Assembly (NCBI GenBank): GCA_903831255.1
Contig: CAIKWZ010000075.1
Coordinates: forward strand, 119,584 to 183,583
Length of the DNA stretch: 64,000 nt
From: an uncultured Alphaproteobacteria bacterium
Lineage (GTDB): Bacteria; Pseudomonadota; Alphaproteobacteria; Caulobacterales; Hyphomonadaceae
Reading direction: 5' to 3'
How positions within the stretch are numbered: the stretch's first letter is position 1; every line of letters begins with the position of its first letter. Shown piece after piece: positions 1 through 10,347 of this stretch. Made by a program: the position numbers and the translations under genes. The notes beneath the pieces are model-generated. The model saw only the letters and a list, made by a program, of their open reading frames with translations, had not been told where the DNA came from and ran no database searches.

Positions 1-5
1 AAGTG

Positions 6-578
6 ATGAAAAATTCGGCATTTGCAGGATTTATCGTCTGGTCAATCCTGCTCTGCGGGGGCGAGCCTCACGCCTTGGCCCAAACGCCCCGCGAGCTCGG
101 TCCGACAGACTTCAAGGCCTACGCTCCGCCGAGATCGTCAGCTCGGATCAGCGAATTCTCGGGCCTCCCCGTTCCGCGATACTCCAGCCTCCGCTACGAC
201 AAGGTCAACGGTCGGTCAGGGCCCAGTCTCGATTACCCGGTATCCTGGACGTATGAGCGTCTGGGCCTTCCTGTGGTGATCGTCCGGGAAAGTCAGGAAT
301 GGCGAAAGATCCGAGACCCTCAAGGCGATGAGGTCTGGGTGCACAGACGAATGCTGGCCGGAGAGCGGACCGCGATCACAACTACACGAGGCGCGATGTA
401 TCGTGACCCGGATGTCGATGCTGGCGCTCTCGCCACCTATCAGGCGGGCGCTGTGATGACCCTCGGCGAGTGCGGAGGAGACTGGTGTCGCGTCGAAGCG
501 GAAGGCCGAAAAGGCTGGGCGCCGAAGCAGCAGCTTTGGGGTGCAGACGACCTTCAGATGACCTCTCCGACTGGCTGA
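6..578 (+). CDS. Secreted SH3-like (bacterial SH3 / DUF1058-type) domain protein
   Basis: ORF 3..578. The ATG at 6 gives a Sec signal peptide, MKNSAFAGFIVWSILLCGGEPHALA|Q. The body has SH3b-like segments (VNGRSGPSLDYPVSW, GECGGDWCRVEAEGRKGWAPKQQLWG). The family call is from memory of the motif, not a search. Confidence 0.6.
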   Translation: MKNSAFAGFIVWSILLCGGEPHALAQTPRELGPTDFKAYAPPRSSARISEFSGLPVPRYSSLRYDKVNGRSGPSLDYPVSWTYERLGLPVVIVRESQEWRKIRDPQGDEVWVHRRMLAGERTAITTTRGAMYRDPDVDAGALATYQAGAVMTLGECGGDWCRVEAEGRKGWAPKQQLWGADDLQMTSPTG

Positions 579-872
579 ACACTCATTCAAAACTCTGAGA
601 TAACCGCCGACCGGCTCGACGAACCAGCGGCCCGGACCCCATTTTGCGCTCTGAAACCTTTGGCCGACACTCGATTGAAACAGCCTTCAACCGTTGCGCA
701 GAGACCGACTTCAGGTTCTGTTTTCTAACCTTGAGGCTTCGGATACTTCCAACGCTCAGGCGTTAACCCTACAGGCGGAACGGGCTCAGCCCGCCGATCA
801 CTTGAGCCTTAAGGGCGTGACGTGCTAACGCCGTCGAAGAGCGCATTGTCCGCGCACCGAGGCGAGCCTGAC

Positions 873-1388
873 ATGACGCACCAGCCCCAATCCTCCTATG
901 ATTATGACGCCTTGCTCCGTAGCGGACGAGGTGAACTTTTTGGGCCCGGCAACGCCCAGCTACCCGCTCCGCCGATGCTGATGCTGGACCGGATTACGCA
1001 CATTGATCTGGACGGCGGGGTACACAAGCGCGGCCACATTTCGGCGGAACTCGATGTACGGCCGGATTTGTGGTTTTTTGAGTGTCATTTCCCCGGTGAC
1101 CCGGTGATGCCGGGGTGCCTCGGTCTCGACGCCATGTGGCAGTTGATCGGATTTTGGCTGGGATGGTCGGGATCCCCGGGTCGCGGACGGGCGCTGGGCG
1201 TTGGTGAGGTGAAGTTTACCGGTCAGGTGACCCCAAAGGCGCGCCTTGTGCGGTATGAGATCGATATAAGGCGGGCTATCCGTGCTAGCCTCGTCATGGG
1301 CATTGCTGATGGGGTTCTCTTTCTAGACGGCGAAAAGATCTATGAAGCCAAAGATCTGAAAGTGGGCCTTTTCAAACCCGCGTCATAA
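873..1388 (+). CDS. fabA: 3-hydroxydecanoyl-ACP dehydratase/isomerase FabA
   Basis: Active-site block [27 protein letters not shown]. The internal ATG at 873 (MTHQPQ...) gives 171 aa, the canonical FabA length. It is followed by fabB. Confidence 0.95.
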   Translation: MTHQPQSSYDYDALLRSGRGELFGPGNAQLPAPPMLMLDRITHIDLDGGVHKRGHISAELDVRPDLWFFECHFPGDPVMPGCLGLDAMWQLIGFWLGWSGSPGRGRALGVGEVKFTGQVTPKARLVRYEIDIRRAIRASLVMGIADGVLFLDGEKIYEAKDLKVGLFKPAS

Positions 1389-1438
1389 GGCAAGCTTTGA
1401 ATCAATAGCGCACCGGGCGCGTGAGGGAGTGGCGGACC

Positions 1439-2686
1439 ATGCCGATAAGCCAAGTCAGAGGGGCCGACCTCAGGCGTGTGGTCGTGACCGGAATGGGGAT
1501 CGTCTCGTCGATCGGCGATTCGATTAAAGATGTGACGGAGAGCCTGAAGGCCGGACGATCCGGTATCAGCTTCGCGCCAACCTATGCCGATATGGGTTTC
1601 AAGTCCCAGGTCTATGGAAAGCCGAAATCAGACCCGGCCGACCATGTAGAAAAACGGGCCATGCGCTTCATGGGAGATGGCGCGGGTTTCTGCCATATGG
1701 CGATGTCTCAGGCGATCGCCGACGCTGGCCTTCAGGACGATATTGTCTCGAACCCCCGGACTGGCTTGATCGTGGGAACGGGCGGTCCATCGACCAGAGC
1801 AATTGTCGCTGCGGCGGACGCTGCACGAGAAAAAGGACCTCGGAGGATAGGGCCCTTCGCAGTGCCTAAGGCGATGTCGTCAACAGCTTCCGCGACCCTC
1901 TCAACGCTTTTCAGAATTCTGGGCGTGAACTACTCCATCTCGTCAGCCTGCACTACGTCTCTTCACTGCATGGGCGCAGCGGCCGAACAGATTCAGTGGG
2001 GAAAGCAGGACGTCATGTTCGCCGGAGGCGGCGAAGAACTGGATTGGACGCTCTCGGCTCTCTTCGATGCGATGGGCGCGATGTCATCCCGTTACAATTC
2101 CGAACCCCAGCGAGCATCTCGAGCGTACGATGCAGACCGTGATGGGTTTGTGATCGCCGGGGGGGCCGGAATCGTCGTTCTTGAGGACTACGATCATGCA
2201 CGTCGACGCGGCGCTCCAATATACGGAGAGATCGTTGGTTACGGCGCGACTTCAGATGGCTTCGATATGGTGGCGCCATCCGGGGAGGGAGCCGCTCGCG
2301 CCATGAAACTCGCTCTCCAGACCGCCGGTCGGGCTCCAGATTACCTTAATCCGCACGCAACCTCTACACCGGCGGGAGACATGAAGGAGCTGGAAGCAGT
2401 CCGCGAAGTCTTTGGGCAGGAGGCCTCAGAACAACCCTTCATTTCCGCAACCAAATCCATGACTGGACATTGTCTCGGCGGCGCAGGGGTTCAGGAGGTC
2501 ATCTACTCGCTTTTGATGATGAGAGATAACTTCGTCGCGCCATCGATCAATATCGAGACCCTGGACCCGTTAGCATACGGCGTGAACATCATACGTGAAG
2601 CGCGTGATGCGATGATTGATCTCGTCATGTCCAACTCGTTTGGCTTTGGCGGAACGAATGGTTCCATAGCTCTCGCCAGAGTGTAG
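1439..2686 (+). CDS. fabB: 3-oxoacyl-ACP synthase I (KAS I) FabB
   Basis: N-terminus VVVTGMGIVSSIG, catalytic Cys in SISSACTTSLHCMG, His motifs NPHATSTPAGD and TGHCLGGAG, C-terminus NSFGFGGTNGS. The ATG at 1439 lies about 9 nt after GAGGGAG. The GTG at 1421 is an alternative start. Confidence 0.93.
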   Translation: MPISQVRGADLRRVVVTGMGIVSSIGDSIKDVTESLKAGRSGISFAPTYADMGFKSQVYGKPKSDPADHVEKRAMRFMGDGAGFCHMAMSQAIADAGLQDDIVSNPRTGLIVGTGGPSTRAIVAAADAAREKGPRRIGPFAVPKAMSSTASATLSTLFRILGVNYSISSACTTSLHCMGAAAEQIQWGKQDVMFAGGGEELDWTLSALFDAMGAMSSRYNSEPQRASRAYDADRDGFVIAGGAGIVVLEDYDHARRRGAPIYGEIVGYGATSDGFDMVAPSGEGAARAMKLALQTAGRAPDYLNPHATSTPAGDMKELEAVREVFGQEASEQPFISATKSMTGHCLGGAGVQEVIYSLLMMRDNFVAPSINIETLDPLAYGVNIIREARDAMIDLVMSNSFGFGGTNGSIALARV

Positions 2687-2762
2687 AACGCCGTCAGAAC
2701 GCCAACCTCAACATCCAGTCCCCTCTCTGAAGTTAGAGAGGCGTGCAGCAAGGAATGAAGCC

Positions 2763-3575
2763 ATGTCTGAATGGACCTTCCCCAAGGGCGACCTGATGAA
2801 GGGCAAGAAAGGCCTGGTGATGGGGGTCGCGAATGACCGCTCGATCGCATGGGGTATCGCTCAGCAACTCGCGGCGCAGGGTGCGGAGATCGCCTTCACC
2901 TACCAGGGCGAGGCGCTGGAGCGGCGCGTCCGCCCCCTGGTGGAATCGATCGGGATGTCAAAGATGATTCCCGCTGATGTATCGAACGACGCCGACATGG
3001 ACAGCGCATTCGAGCGTCTGGCGTCAGAGTTCGGATCGATCGATTTCCTTGTTCACGCGATAGCGTTCGCCGGCAAGGAAGAGCTTCAGGGCTCGTTCGT
3101 CGGAAACACAACCCGGGAGGGCTTCCGAAGAGCGATGGACATTTCCGTCTTCTCGTTTGTCGACGCCGCGCGACGCGCCTCGGCTCTCATGACAGATGGC
3201 GGGGCCATGGTGACGCTAACCTACCTTGGGGCTGAACGCGTCGTTCCGTCTTACAATGTCATGGGCGTTGCGAAGGCAGGCCTCGAAGCCGCGACACGGT
3301 ATGCGGCGAGAGACCTCGGCCCTAGGGGGATCCGAGTGAACGCAATATCCGCCGGCCCGATGCGGACACTTGCGATGGCGGGCATTAGGGGCGGAAAACA
3401 GTTGATGAGCACAGGTCGAGACTGGTCTCTTCTCAAAGAGGATACATCGATGGAGGGAGTGGCCGGGTGCGCTCTTTACCTGCTCTCCCCGCTCGGGCGG
3501 TCGATCACAGGCGAGGTCGTCCATGTCGACGCAGGCTTCCATGTAGTCGGTGTGCCCGACATGCAAGAGCCATAG
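2763..3575 (+). CDS. fabI: Enoyl-ACP reductase (NADH) FabI
   Basis: MKGKKGLVMGVANDRSIAWGIAQ dinucleotide-binding N-terminus, Tyr-x6-Lys block SYNVMGVAKAGLEA, and RVNAISAGP. The start could instead be the ATG at 2796. Confidence 0.93.
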   Translation: MSEWTFPKGDLMKGKKGLVMGVANDRSIAWGIAQQLAAQGAEIAFTYQGEALERRVRPLVESIGMSKMIPADVSNDADMDSAFERLASEFGSIDFLVHAIAFAGKEELQGSFVGNTTREGFRRAMDISVFSFVDAARRASALMTDGGAMVTLTYLGAERVVPSYNVMGVAKAGLEAATRYAARDLGPRGIRVNAISAGPMRTLAMAGIRGGKQLMSTGRDWSLLKEDTSMEGVAGCALYLLSPLGRSITGEVVHVDAGFHVVGVPDMQEP

Positions 3576-3577
3576 GG

Positions 3578-3823
3578 CTAGTTCAGCGCCGCATAGTTCA
3601 GAGTTGAATCAAGAAGGTCACGCTTCATGTCGTCTGCCGCGACGGATGCTTCAGCGAGCCAATGAGTTGACGCTTGATAAGTTGAGAGGCCAACAAAGGT
3701 CACGAAGGCGATAGCAAGCCCCATTCGGACTATAGCCATAACCCCGCTCCACGACAACGCAAACGTCCGACGGGAGGCCGACGGACTGGCGTACATAGTG
3801 ACTGTCGTCTTGCTTTCGACCAT
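3578..3823 (-). CDS. Hypothetical small single-pass membrane protein (81 aa)
   Basis: ORF 3578..3847. The internal ATG at 3823 is preceded by GGGGAGG plus 5 nt. There is one hydrophobic span, VMAIVRMGLAIAFVTFVGL. No family recognised. Confidence 0.35.
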   Translation of the reverse strand: MVESKTTVTMYASPSASRRTFALSWSGVMAIVRMGLAIAFVTFVGLSTYQASTHWLAEASVAADDMKRDLLDSTLNYAALN

Positions 3824-4031
3824 CGAAACCTCCCCTAAGACTCTCATCCGAACGACTTCAGAACGAAGCGCTCGTCTCTGACAGCGTCACATAGGGAGGA
3901 AACCGGCTCCTTTCGGATCACTCCGAGGAACTCTTCTCATAGCTTTCTAACAGAGATTTCATATTCGGTCCACCCAACCCTCCTCGTGGGGCGGTGACGG
4001 GGCGCCAGGCGTGGGAAGCTTCGAACTCGCC

Positions 4032-4733
4032 TTAAACTCGACGAGTCCCGATCACTCCCATAGCGACAAGGCGCGCCCAGACCGGGGCGACAAGGCGATC
4101 CACCGCCGCAAGATCTGGAGCCTCGCGAGCAAAAGCCGGCCCACCCTCGTCAGCAATCACAAGATCACAAACATACTTCGCAGGCTGCGTGAAACGCTGA
4201 TGAGCGGCGCGAACAAATCTGAGATATTGCTGTATGGCTCCCTCAGAAGCGCGACCGCGTTCTGCGCGATCACGGCGAATTCGGCGAATCAGCCTGAGAT
4301 CGTCGCCCGTATCCACAAAGACCGTAAGATCAAAAAACTTTGCGTTTCCCGGGTCCGAAAGCACATGAAGACCTTCAACAATCACCACGGCTCGCGGATC
4401 TATTCGGTGAACCGCATCCGCCACCCTGTCATGGATCGAAAAGTCATAAACGGGCTGCAGGACTGGCTTTCCCTGTCGCAAATCCTGAAGATGGGAACGA
4501 AAGAGCGCCATGTCCTTCGAAGCAGGATCATCAAAATTGATGGTTCTTTCGATCTGCTCATTTGACCAACCGACAACGGGGGGACTATGGGCCGCTCTTG
4601 GCAGATAATAGTTGTCTTCGGTCACGAGAGAGCTGCCGGCTTCTCCGAGACGATCATGAAGCGCCCTTGAAAGAGTCGTCTTGCCGGAGCCAGACCCACC
4701 CGTCACGGCGATCATGAATGTCCGACCGATCAT
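4032..4733 (-). CDS. Uridine kinase / phosphoribulokinase-family nucleoside kinase-like protein
   Basis: P-loop IAVTGGSGSGKTTL followed by EDNYY and NFDDPAS..DF blocks typical of the Udk/PRK family. The ATG at 4733 is preceded by GGGGAGAGGAG and lies 10 nt after the rbfA stop. The 290-aa ORF-track form overlaps rbfA and is probably over-extended. Confidence 0.75.
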   Translation of the reverse strand: MIGRTFMIAVTGGSGSGKTTLSRALHDRLGEAGSSLVTEDNYYLPRAAHSPPVVGWSNEQIERTINFDDPASKDMALFRSHLQDLRQGKPVLQPVYDFSIHDRVADAVHRIDPRAVVIVEGLHVLSDPGNAKFFDLTVFVDTGDDLRLIRRIRRDRAERGRASEGAIQQYLRFVRAAHQRFTQPAKYVCDLVIADEGGPAFAREAPDLAAVDRLVAPVWARLVAMGVIGTRRV

Positions 4734-4743
4734 CTCCTCTCCC

Positions 4744-5139
4744 CTAGTCATCCCCGTCACCCGTGGACCGTGTCGAAAGGTCCCGACGGACACGCGGTGA
4801 GGCAAGCAGTTCGTCAATCCGCCTCGCCTCGTCATAGCTGTCGTCAGCAACAAATCTGAGAATCGTAGCGAAGCGAAGATCAACTTCCTGAGAAAGCCGC
4901 CCACGCAAAAACCCTGCAGCGCGATTCAAAGCTGTTGCTGTGGTCGACATATCCCCACCTCCAAGAGGCGCGCAAAAAACCGTAGCGTGCTTCAGATCCG
5001 GCGAAACGCGGACCTCAGATACGGTGATCGACTTTCCCGACAGATCGGGATCTGCGAACTCCTCCCGAGCGAGAATATCAGTCAGCGCGTGACGTATAAG
5101 TTCGCCAGCTCGCAATTGTCTCTGAGAAGGTGGTTTCAT
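4744..5139 (-). CDS. rbfA: Ribosome-binding factor A
   Basis: QRQLRAGELIRHALTDIL ... ITVSEVRVSPDLKHATVF, the typical RbfA KH-like core. 131 aa. Confidence 0.9.
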   Translation of the reverse strand: MKPPSQRQLRAGELIRHALTDILAREEFADPDLSGKSITVSEVRVSPDLKHATVFCAPLGGGDMSTTATALNRAAGFLRGRLSQEVDLRFATILRFVADDSYDEARRIDELLASPRVRRDLSTRSTGDGDD

Positions 5140-5313
5140 GACGAAGCCTGCAATTGAAGGTCATGCCGGACAAGACCAGTAAGAGAGGGGCGAACATAAG
5201 GCCGCCGACCTCTCCATAGGCCGTCGCGTCAAATGTCCGGAGTAAAAGTTCCGGGGGTTCGGGGCTACCGGACCGATGCCCTCCCGAGCGATGGGGGAGC
5301 CTACAACAGACGC

Positions 5314-7470
5314 TCAATACTTCACATAGACACCGGAAATCGGACCATAGCCGACACTGGGCTTTGAGTAGTCGCACACCCCGTCTGGAAAAACCCTGAT
5401 CATTCGCCCTTTTTGCTCAGACGTGAATGCGACCCCGTAATCCGCGAAATCAACTGCCCGGAGCTGACACTTCATAACATCGTTGGTCAGAGGGGCCCCC
5501 GCCTCCAGCCTGGGCTCCGAATGCAGCGGATAGGCGGCATTGTATCCCTCTGAAACATCCCAGCTAGCAACTTGAGCCACCTTGACGCCGGTCTCTGTCC
5601 AATAGGCGTCCACTGCCGCCGAGGGTCTGTTGCGGACAACCTTGTCTGTAGAGATGGGAGAGGGATCGGCGACAATTCGATCTAGCCACTCCGTCATGAC
5701 GTCCAGAGACAACGCAGCGAGGTCCACACCTCGTCCCGCGGCGCGCGCAGAGGGCCCAGCCGTCCAAATGATCTGATGATCGGAGCGCCCCAGCGCTTTC
5801 TGTATTCTGGCGCGAATGGTGAGATCCCGGTGACGGTCATGAATATCGCCAATAAGATCAGTATAGGGCCTCGAATGAATGATGGGGACATTCGCGATCC
5901 CGCCTCCGAACGTGTTCAGAAGGCCCGAGGCGTAAACGGCGCGCAGAGCTGCGGGGTCTCCAACGGACCTTTGCGAGACAAAATTCCCATCGATATCGTT
6001 GCCGCCGATGAACTCATTGAGTTCCAGAAACTCATCAACAGTCAGAATCCCACGCTCAAGCGCCTTGAGGCCGTACTGGATTCCGACATTGTCCTGAGGT
6101 TTGCGGGCAAAACCTGTCGCCGCATCACGGCCGTAGATGTTAGCCCGCATATCGGAAATCGTGCACCGCGCCCCTTTCGGATTACGAACAGGATCATAGA
6201 GAAGGCTGGCGTCCTTCAACGCGCACCCGGCGGCGTTCGTCGCTTTCATTACAGGAACGAAGGACCGCTCCCAGGCTGCGCAGGTACCCGGCGTATAGCC
6301 CTCGACAGCCGTCCGCTTCTCCTGGGACCACCTCGATCCGGCCGAGGATCGCCAGAAATTCTGAAGCAAACCGCAATCGGCTGTGTTCATCGTAGAATCG
6401 GGAAATGACAACGACGGTTGAAGGCCGTCTAGAAGGCCAGGATAGATTTGCGTTATGACGAGCTGCTGAATCGCGCCACCCGATCCGCCCGTCCCGACGG
6501 TCCACTTCGGAACGCCGTATGTCTCAATGAAATGCTCCTTCAGCATCATAAGTGCCTCGCCCTGAAGCACCGCATTGCCATGTTGCTGATTAACGAGCTC
6601 GGTCGAATTCAGGAACGCGAACCCTCGGGAGAGATAGAGATCCGACAGAATAGATGTGACCTGATTCACGCCCTGATTGTACTGGGTGCCAGCGCCGCCG
6701 CCGAATGTGACAGCGAGACGACCATTCCAACCCTCAGAGGCTGAAAAGCCCTTCGTCCTCGGATCGTCCAGAACCGCGAGACGGTAGATTGCGCGATTGA
6801 TCACGCCGCTTTCTACCCGAACGATGTACGGGATCTCGCGTCCATCAATCGTCTGAACCACTGCAACATCAGCGGGTAAAGCGCGGTCGTCCCCCAAAGG
6901 CTTGAACATCTGCGCCAGGACCGGTTTGGACCGATCGACCGTCGCCGGCAGATAGAAATAGTCGAACCGCACCGGAGCCGAGCAGTCCTTATCTGTTGCA
7001 GGCCCCAGACCCGACTCTTCCGTCCGGCACTCATAAGGCGACAGGTGAGGACCCGAGACAATAGGCCCGGTGATCGGATGATTGAGCAGACTGACCTCAG
7101 CAGCCCCACCGCCTGGAGTAATCACTTTGAGGACATTGGGTCCCGAACGCAGTCCGGACACGACCCCCCTCAAAGCAGAGCCCTCGCCATGTGGCGCAAG
7201 AGCGGTGGCGAGTCTTTCCCCGTTGAGCAGAACGCGGACGTCGCTGAATGAGTGGCCCTTAGCCTGCACTTCAACAAGCGCCTGGCCACCCGATACGTGT
7301 TCAGGACGCGATGAAAGGATGGAAATCACCGGCGTTTCGGATGATGGTGACGCTGCGGACGATGCGCCCCCCGAGCGGCCCCCGCCCCCTGAACCGACAC
7401 ACCCCGCAAGGCAGGCGAAAGAAAGGGCCGCCAGACCCGACCAAGTCGATCTGAAACGAACCGACATCAC
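5314..7470 (-). CDS. Secreted lipoprotein, putative alpha/beta serine hydrolase (tannase/feruloyl-esterase-like; possibly DUF6351-type)
   Basis: Lipobox signal MMSVRFRSTWSGLAALSFACLAG|C followed by a Gly/Ser linker. Nucleophile-elbow-like TVGTGGSGGAIQQ. 718 aa with many Cys. The function is inferred only from the GxSxG context and overall resemblance. Confidence 0.7.
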   Translation of the reverse strand: MMSVRFRSTWSGLAALSFACLAGCVGSGGGGRSGGASSAASPSSETPVISILSSRPEHVSGGQALVEVQAKGHSFSDVRVLLNGERLATALAPHGEGSALRGVVSGLRSGPNVLKVITPGGGAAEVSLLNHPITGPIVSGPHLSPYECRTEESGLGPATDKDCSAPVRFDYFYLPATVDRSKPVLAQMFKPLGDDRALPADVAVVQTIDGREIPYIVRVESGVINRAIYRLAVLDDPRTKGFSASEGWNGRLAVTFGGGAGTQYNQGVNQVTSILSDLYLSRGFAFLNSTELVNQQHGNAVLQGEALMMLKEHFIETYGVPKWTVGTGGSGGAIQQLVITQIYPGLLDGLQPSLSFPDSTMNTADCGLLQNFWRSSAGSRWSQEKRTAVEGYTPGTCAAWERSFVPVMKATNAAGCALKDASLLYDPVRNPKGARCTISDMRANIYGRDAATGFARKPQDNVGIQYGLKALERGILTVDEFLELNEFIGGNDIDGNFVSQRSVGDPAALRAVYASGLLNTFGGGIANVPIIHSRPYTDLIGDIHDRHRDLTIRARIQKALGRSDHQIIWTAGPSARAAGRGVDLAALSLDVMTEWLDRIVADPSPISTDKVVRNRPSAAVDAYWTETGVKVAQVASWDVSEGYNAAYPLHSEPRLEAGAPLTNDVMKCQLRAVDFADYGVAFTSEQKGRMIRVFPDGVCDYSKPSVGYGPISGVYVKY

Positions 7471-7574
7471 CGCCTCAACTTTCTCGCGCTTGTGCCGCCC
7501 AACCCCAACGGCGAAATGATCAACCCGACTTCCAGCTTCCGCCAGTCCCTGTCGTCGCCGTTAGGTGAGAAGTC

Positions 7575-10277
7575 CTATGCCAAACGACGCTCGATAAGCT
7601 CGACCTGGAAGCACTCAATCTGATCGCCGTCCCGGATATCCTGATAGTTCTGGAAGGCCATACCGCACTCTGTGCCCTGCTTGACTTCAGGAACCTCGTC
7701 CTTGAAGCGCTTAAGCGTCGACAACGTGCCCTCGTGGATAACAACATTGTCGCGAAGCAGTCGAACTCCTGCTCCCCTCCGGACAACACCCTCAGAGACC
7801 CGGCAACCCGCGACCTTCCCGACCTTAGAAATCGAGAATACCTGAAGGATCGTCGCATATCCAAGGAATGTCTCCCTCCTCTCAGGCGCGAGCATTCCCG
7901 AAAGGGTGTCCTTGACGTCGTTTATGAGATCATAAATCACCGAATAGTACCGGATCTCGACACCTTCGCGTTCAGCCATGTCACGGGCCTGCTTGGTGGC
8001 TCGGACGTTGAACGCAATGATAGGCGAAGCGCTGGCGACCGCCAGCTGCACATCGCTCTCCGAAATCCCACCGGCGTTACCGAGAATGACACGTGCCCGA
8101 ACCTCATCGGTCGACAGCTTCTCGAGCGACTGAGTGATCGCCTCAACCGATCCCTGAACATCTCCCTTGATGATAAAGGATGCCTCCTTCACCACCGCTC
8201 CTCCACCGCCCTCCTTAAGGCGCGAGAGCATCTGCTCCAGAGACGCTCGGGCGACAGGCGCCGCCTTGTTCTTCTTTCGCGTACGGCTTCGATACTCAGT
8301 AATCTCGCGCGCACGGCTTTCGCTGTCGACAACAACGAACTGATCTCCAGGATCCGCTGGACCGTCAAACCCGAGAATCTCGATTGGAGTGGCGGGGGGC
8401 GCCCGATCCAGCATCTGCCCGCGCTCATTTGTCAGCGCCTTGACGCGGCCCCACTGCGCGCCGGCGACGACAATATCACCTCGCTTGAGAGTTCCACGCT
8501 GCACGAGAACTGTCGCGACAGGTCCGCGCCCGCGGTCAAGCTTCGCCTCAATGACAACGCCATCAGCGTCTCTGTCCGGATTAGCCTTGAGTTCGAGAAC
8601 TTCAGCCAACACGGAAATGGCGCTGGTCAGGTCATCCAGTCCGATCTTCTTCAGAGCCGAGACTTCTACAGCCTGAACCTCGCCGCCCATGGCCTCAACC
8701 TGGACGTCATACTGCAGAAGCTGGGTCAGCACCCTATTGGGATCAGCCTCGTGCTTATCGATCTTGTTCACCGCAACAATGATCGGAGCGCCTGCAGCCT
8801 TCGCATGCTGTATGGCTTCCGCCGTCTGAGGCATGACGCCGTCATCTGCCGCCACCACCAAAACGACGATGTCAGTGACGTTGGCCCCGCGAGCCCGCAT
8901 CGAGGAGAACGCAGCATGTCCGGGAGTGTCGAGAAAAGTAATCTTCTCCCCGCTCTTCAGCGTCACCTGATAGGCCCCGATATGCTGGGTAATTCCACCG
9001 GCCTCGCCAGAAACGACATCTGTCTGACGCAACGCATCAAGAAGCGAAGTCTTTCCGTGATCGACATGGCCCATGATCGTGACCACCGGCGGCCTCGCCC
9101 TGAGCGCAGCGTCATCGTCCACATCGCCCTGAAGACCGATTTCGACATCGGACTCCGCCACACGCTTCACCGAATGGCCGAACTCCTCGACGATCAGCTG
9201 AGCTGTGTCCGCATCTAGCATGTCAGTACCGCGGACCAACTCCCCCTGTTGCATGAGGAATTTGACGACATCAGCAACGCGCTCGCTCATACGATTGGCG
9301 AGATCCGCGACCGAAATCGTCTCGGGCAGAACAACCTCTCGCGTGATCTTCTCAGCCTGACCGCCCGCCATCCTCAGCCGGCGGTCACGCTCCCTGTCTC
9401 GGGCCCGCTTAACAGCGGCGTAGGAACGCTGCCTTTCCTCGTCATCACCCAGCGCGGCAGAGATCGTGAGGCGTCCCTGACGTCGCTTCGGCTCGGCCTT
9501 AGGCTTGTGAGCAGGCCGCGCCTCGCCAGTAGGCTCGTCAGTCGCAGATTTCACGCGCTTCACACGGCCGCCAAGATCAGCAAGCGGCGACAATTCTTCA
9601 GGGTCCAGCGGCGCCAGCGGACGCGGCCTCGCGATCCCTCCAGCAAAGCCTGGACTTGGTCTGGGTCCCCGCTCGCCGGCGGGCCCTCCGCCGGGACGAG
9701 GCCCCCGGTCGCCTTCGCTGCGCACCCGAGGCGGAGCTCCGTCTGACCTGGGACGGCCCGCAGCTCCTTCTGGACGACGCACGGCGCCCGGTCGGGTCGC
9801 TTCCCGACGATACGACGACGTCCCGCCAGTCGCCTCGTCATCACCGCCGTCCACGTCACCCGCCGCACGGGCTTCCGCGCGACGACGCTCTTCTTCCGCT
9901 AGCCGCCGAGCTTCTTCCTGCCGGCGCCGATTAGCTTCCTCGAGCGCTTCCTGCTCTGCTCGACGCCTTTCTTCCTCGTTACGCCTCTGCGTCAGGGCGG
10001 CCTGTCGAGCCTTCAGCTCGGCCTCCGAAAGACCGGATTTGCGAGCCGCCTCCTCCGCGATGGTCAAAGGCGTCGGCGCAACAGCCTTCTCCGGCTCGGG
10101 ACGGACAACCTTTGGAGCAGGCCCTGGCGTGACAACGACCCGCTTCTTCTTCGTCTCAACCACGACCTGCTTCGAGCGGCCATGAGAAAAACTCTGCTTC
10201 ACGGTGCCCGCATCCGCCTTTCGGGTCAGCGAAAGTGGGCGGCGGCCTGGGGTGTCGGAATCTTTAGTATCGGTCAT
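7575..10277 (-). CDS. infB: Translation initiation factor IF-2
   Basis: G domain [27 protein letters not shown]. Arg/Glu/Pro-rich N-terminal region. 900 aa. Lies downstream of nusA and the ylxR-like gene. Confidence 0.97.
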   Translation of the reverse strand: MTDTKDSDTPGRRPLSLTRKADAGTVKQSFSHGRSKQVVVETKKKRVVVTPGPAPKVVRPEPEKAVAPTPLTIAEEAARKSGLSEAELKARQAALTQRRNEEERRRAEQEALEEANRRRQEEARRLAEEERRRAEARAAGDVDGGDDEATGGTSSYRREATRPGAVRRPEGAAGRPRSDGAPPRVRSEGDRGPRPGGGPAGERGPRPSPGFAGGIARPRPLAPLDPEELSPLADLGGRVKRVKSATDEPTGEARPAHKPKAEPKRRQGRLTISAALGDDEERQRSYAAVKRARDRERDRRLRMAGGQAEKITREVVLPETISVADLANRMSERVADVVKFLMQQGELVRGTDMLDADTAQLIVEEFGHSVKRVAESDVEIGLQGDVDDDAALRARPPVVTIMGHVDHGKTSLLDALRQTDVVSGEAGGITQHIGAYQVTLKSGEKITFLDTPGHAAFSSMRARGANVTDIVVLVVAADDGVMPQTAEAIQHAKAAGAPIIVAVNKIDKHEADPNRVLTQLLQYDVQVEAMGGEVQAVEVSALKKIGLDDLTSAISVLAEVLELKANPDRDADGVVIEAKLDRGRGPVATVLVQRGTLKRGDIVVAGAQWGRVKALTNERGQMLDRAPPATPIEILGFDGPADPGDQFVVVDSESRAREITEYRSRTRKKNKAAPVARASLEQMLSRLKEGGGGAVVKEASFIIKGDVQGSVEAITQSLEKLSTDEVRARVILGNAGGISESDVQLAVASASPIIAFNVRATKQARDMAEREGVEIRYYSVIYDLINDVKDTLSGMLAPERRETFLGYATILQVFSISKVGKVAGCRVSEGVVRRGAGVRLLRDNVVIHEGTLSTLKRFKDEVPEVKQGTECGMAFQNYQDIRDGDQIECFQVELIERRLA

Positions 10278-10347
10278 TCACACTGTGCTTCGGTTACGGA
10301 CGGCGTCTTCGGGTCTCTATCCCCTCAGACAACCGGCCTGGATCTCA

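Noticed and set aside
7734-9218. A 494-aa ORF on the plus strand opposite infB. Similar long antisense ORFs occur at 12059-12784 (opposite nusA), 28845-29540, 30459-31322, 33549-34574, 41721-42470 and 42660-43295.
   Set aside because: Each lies entirely antisense to a gene with unmistakable conserved motifs. Their translations are Arg/Pro/Ser-rich and low-complexity. Such open antisense frames are expected in roughly 60% GC DNA.
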